A stretch of DNA of 64,000 bases from Candidatus Latescibacterota bacterium. GTDB taxonomy: Bacteria; Latescibacterota; UBA2968; GCA-2709665. Of the stretch, positions 63,301-64,000 are shown piece after piece. Numbering within the stretch: position 1 is the stretch's first letter; the number at the start of each line of letters is the position of its first letter. The notes under the pieces were generated by a model. It worked only from the letters and a program-made list of their open reading frames with translations, was not told the origin of the DNA and made no database searches. The DNA lies in assembly GCA_965208835.1 (NCBI GenBank), contig OZ242358.1:2464001-2528000 (forward strand), in the 5' to 3' direction. Both the position numbers and the translations under genes were made by a program.

Positions 63301-63593
63301 TAAACCATCAGCTTGGCCGCATCCGTTTTGAGCAGGCGGGTGACCGTCCGGGTGAACTGTCGCCGTTTTCGGAAGAGAGGTTGAAAGGCGGTGGTACTGG
63401 AAAACGTGAGCCTGACGGGAGAACGATGGAAGACGTGCGCGGGTGTGTCTCCGAAAGAGAGTTGAATGCCCGGTTCAGCATGGAGCTTGACCGAATCGGA
63501 CAGAAGACACGTGCTGAGCACAAAGGCGAGGACCGGAGGAAGCGGAAGAATCGATCCCCATTGTGATTCTCTGAAGATGTATGGGATCTGCAT
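57369..63593 (-). CDS. sprA: SprA-like very large outer-membrane beta-barrel protein (T9SS translocon family)
   Basis: 2074 aa; YDGDEDDIIQEIEAG, GLFGIK, AYIDDFEG, IWLDELRV, GNP.LSNIK motifs, C-terminal beta strands ending in F-N. Confidence 0.8.
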   Translation of the reverse strand: MQIPYIFRESQWGSILPLPPVLAFVLSTCLLSDSVKLHAEPGIQLSFGDTPAHVFHRSPVRLTFSSTTAFQPLFRKRRQFTRTVTRLLKTDAAKLMVYKTAGDVVHGIPAVITIKGLFAYKFDADFGRVVADKLSLPVQTRRGMGGALVDIKIPVKVPKALSVITGEGDTNIKITGSRRIDLSGRNTTVGGQAQTVRARAQEGFTVNFEQESQLNVQGTIGDRISLNLQQDSRGQTDISESLQFRYDGDEDDIIQEIEAGRTSLSLPGTRLVGFSGSSGSGLFGIKGRGRLGGLDVTVVTSHDRGTSNQKSFQGQAEEIAHRIRDYDYEENRYFFLDQVYRRSFPDEPGRPDLVDINSVRVFLNDFNDRNDIEQRAGRGIGYAFWSDGPAPQPDANAGDAQSGGIEEGFFHELDRSEFLVDARGYLIMTRQRVQRSHSLAVAYRTADGRIFGDLNFIQDPSDPDAKIRLKLIHARQQRPEFPTWDLAWRNVYFLGGREIEPEGFELEILRDVPGQEAVDNQSGTPYLQIFGLDRHTNGASESTPPDNLIDIDGGTNLPGLNLLTGHLVFPDLEPFGERGVGAEALSDDTRVPEIYNTTNNTTRAQKGQYFLRIRSNRRATKFQLGLGLIENSEEVLLNNRPLTRGRDYNIDYEFGTIVLVGEAADLAADPSASLVINYRSKSQFGLGGAQKSLLGIRAEHPFRDNVSMVGLSLLYGSESATQQRVRVGEEPARTLIWDMNGRFRFKPQILTDLANRLPFVSTQAPSAFNVDMEIAQSLPNPNTKNVAYIDDFEGAESRKSFSTWKFDWSAGSFPTRNGLPLSMPKGRLTWYNLVDRDRITIYEIQPSRDDIPVESSIIDDVLSVRFEPHRTNGFPETSRNPAGGLPENSWAGISSYLFGMDFSRSKFIELWVRGNSGRLHIDLGEISERADLLLDHATFNPPPPGQFRTEDRPLPGFPTGDDVAIPEEDIGLDGLTDAQEDSVFRLIYPGVTVPDDPSDDNFKDVDDDQEDLRFRYPAGINGTQNNNSEREQRPDSEDLNRNGILDTRNHYLHYGVDLASDRGWNPATGGYDGPSVLVVGSQSDPSDRPWRLLRIPLRGSNAPRAVEGNPDTTFAGVFDFARIWIEHDDTTSLDIYTIAAVGSDWLEDENPDGQQSGDFRVATIGTDNQVYELPPGLEREIDPQTGRQLLERSLVLRFEDLFPGESVSASRTFTDGQNYTRYGLMTMFAHGGNPTSPTYESNFPAEPDSAAGSFSPIELFVRFSPIGEDTLNFYEYRKPVYRGWSPENNTFRIELDVLTQIKAKLTDLKAIGQASDTLRISLPSGEIPADYDSEASQIRADLHGGTYTVRGNPALSNIKSFVVGVRNTGDFPLDGENEIWLDELRVDRIRKKNAVSMLLNVQSTLADLGNVSLNLERRSGDFQDLQGRSTGNTTTQVSMNGSFNLNKFLPDRWNTVIPVRFNYLRNGSVPRIRQGSDIVLTEQQKGRENAVRASSRFNVSLRKRPAANDRRWIARLLFDRVNASMNLLSNNAVSGAITRRRSNKEHNFNGSLSYDVSWPRQQGVKILTWVPGLGTYFDEVQFFYLPSTLRYNLRFDRKNINRRSFSAIEGDTSDVIAVLNETFNVNESFAIKLTPFRSLNANYSLAVSRDLRNSFDFARLQFGRETTRNQEVSFNFTPRVSKWLNVNSDYSSRYRERLESGGQRIPIGNERRGLTAGNNSRVGGRFSLNLPGLFRSLARPSKDQTGLSVIRLIGRMGGALEAVQVNVHRNRTFNLFGLRRRPALKFQLGLTDTTTSLRYGSGGITRVNTRNITDNAILKGGVRLPAGFRGSTNLTFNHTKSFGNANTEEQKLEYPAFGINWRGLGEIPVLRWLFTSSNLSFNYNTNRTLRGDGGLDDNVLTSDTRRTEFRPLLAWQAKWKNRMNTILRRNRSRQSDLRYQRNVASDTTLVQPTLEERLIGTTMTETSQFTASLRYSLSSKFVRKLQSNLDLTLEYGTNTNLKREIPRNAEATETEQAVVRQSEDRWHASLAGQYEFSRKFTGGTRFRHENRKDKLRDLNNRVWEFKVWGEIRFN

Positions 63594-63883
63594 GCGTGAA
63601 TCGGAATTTCTTGGACGAGGACGGTCCCTCGCGACGTGGTCAGGAGCCGGGGATCAGGATAATAATACCGAACCGCGTGTCAAAGAGCAAGGGAAAACCC
63701 GAACCGAATGATTCATAAATAAGACACTTATAAACAATGGGTTAGGGAGAATATTCCCCATGCCGGACAGGTGAAGGGTTCAGAAAGGGCTACCGAAGCA
63801 AAAAAAATCCGGTATATTCTTGGGTCTCTTGATATCAGTATCTTTAACTCTTTTGAAAACACGCGGTTCCATGGAGACGGGAT

Positions 63884-64000
63884 ATGGTGCTTTCCAGGTA
63901 CGTACTGAAAGAGCACCTCGTGCCGTTTGTGTTCGGCTTATCCGTCATCATGTTTCTTCTGGTCGTTGACCTGATTCTGCAGAAGATGGACCTGATGCTC
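63884..64000 (+). CDS. LptF/LptG family permease, N-terminal fragment (runs off the window; not in the ORF track)
   Basis: MVLSRYVLKEHLVPFVFGLSVIMFLLVVDLILQKMDLML, typical YjgP/YjgQ start after GGAG. Confidence 0.75.
   Translation, partial: MVLSRYVLKEHLVPFVFGLSVIMFLLVVDLILQKMDLML

Overview
GC-rich bacterial chromosomal window, probably from an FCB-superphylum lineage such as Ca. Latescibacterota. This is inferred from a SprA-like gene, a C-terminal paired EF-hand/dockerin-like motif and a DUF6785-type membrane protein. The left third holds accessory catabolic and transport genes: SDRs, an aldo/keto reductase, a Kelch lipoprotein, a split NitT/TauT ABC system with a LecA-like lectin, GH-like proteins, GGT, AspC, a PHP hydrolase, a GNAT and a phosphomutase. 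The middle holds a hicBA toxin-antitoxin pair and a ytfI-ytfJ-ATP-grasp operon. That operon converges on a cobalamin-binding radical SAM gene whose apparent TGA stop is most likely selenocysteine (C-U-A-E-P tail with a SECIS-like hairpin). Upstream of the radical SAM gene is an extended suf cluster (sufBCDSU-sufT-rrf2-orphan nuoB-nfuA), divergent from an 11-subunit complex I operon (nuoABCDHIJKLMN, no nuoEFG) whose NuoL has a 26-aa tandem duplication in its C-terminal helix. The right end holds a stand-alone PqqD/RRE gene pair, lexA with a GAAC-N4-GTTC box inside its promoter, a sprA-comEA-pilM-like-coaD-obgE-dprA run and the start of an lptF/G gene. Three families of short non-autonomous MITE-like repeats are dispersed through the window. 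No rRNA, tRNA, CRISPR array or transposase was recognised. All assignments come from reading motifs; no database searches were run.
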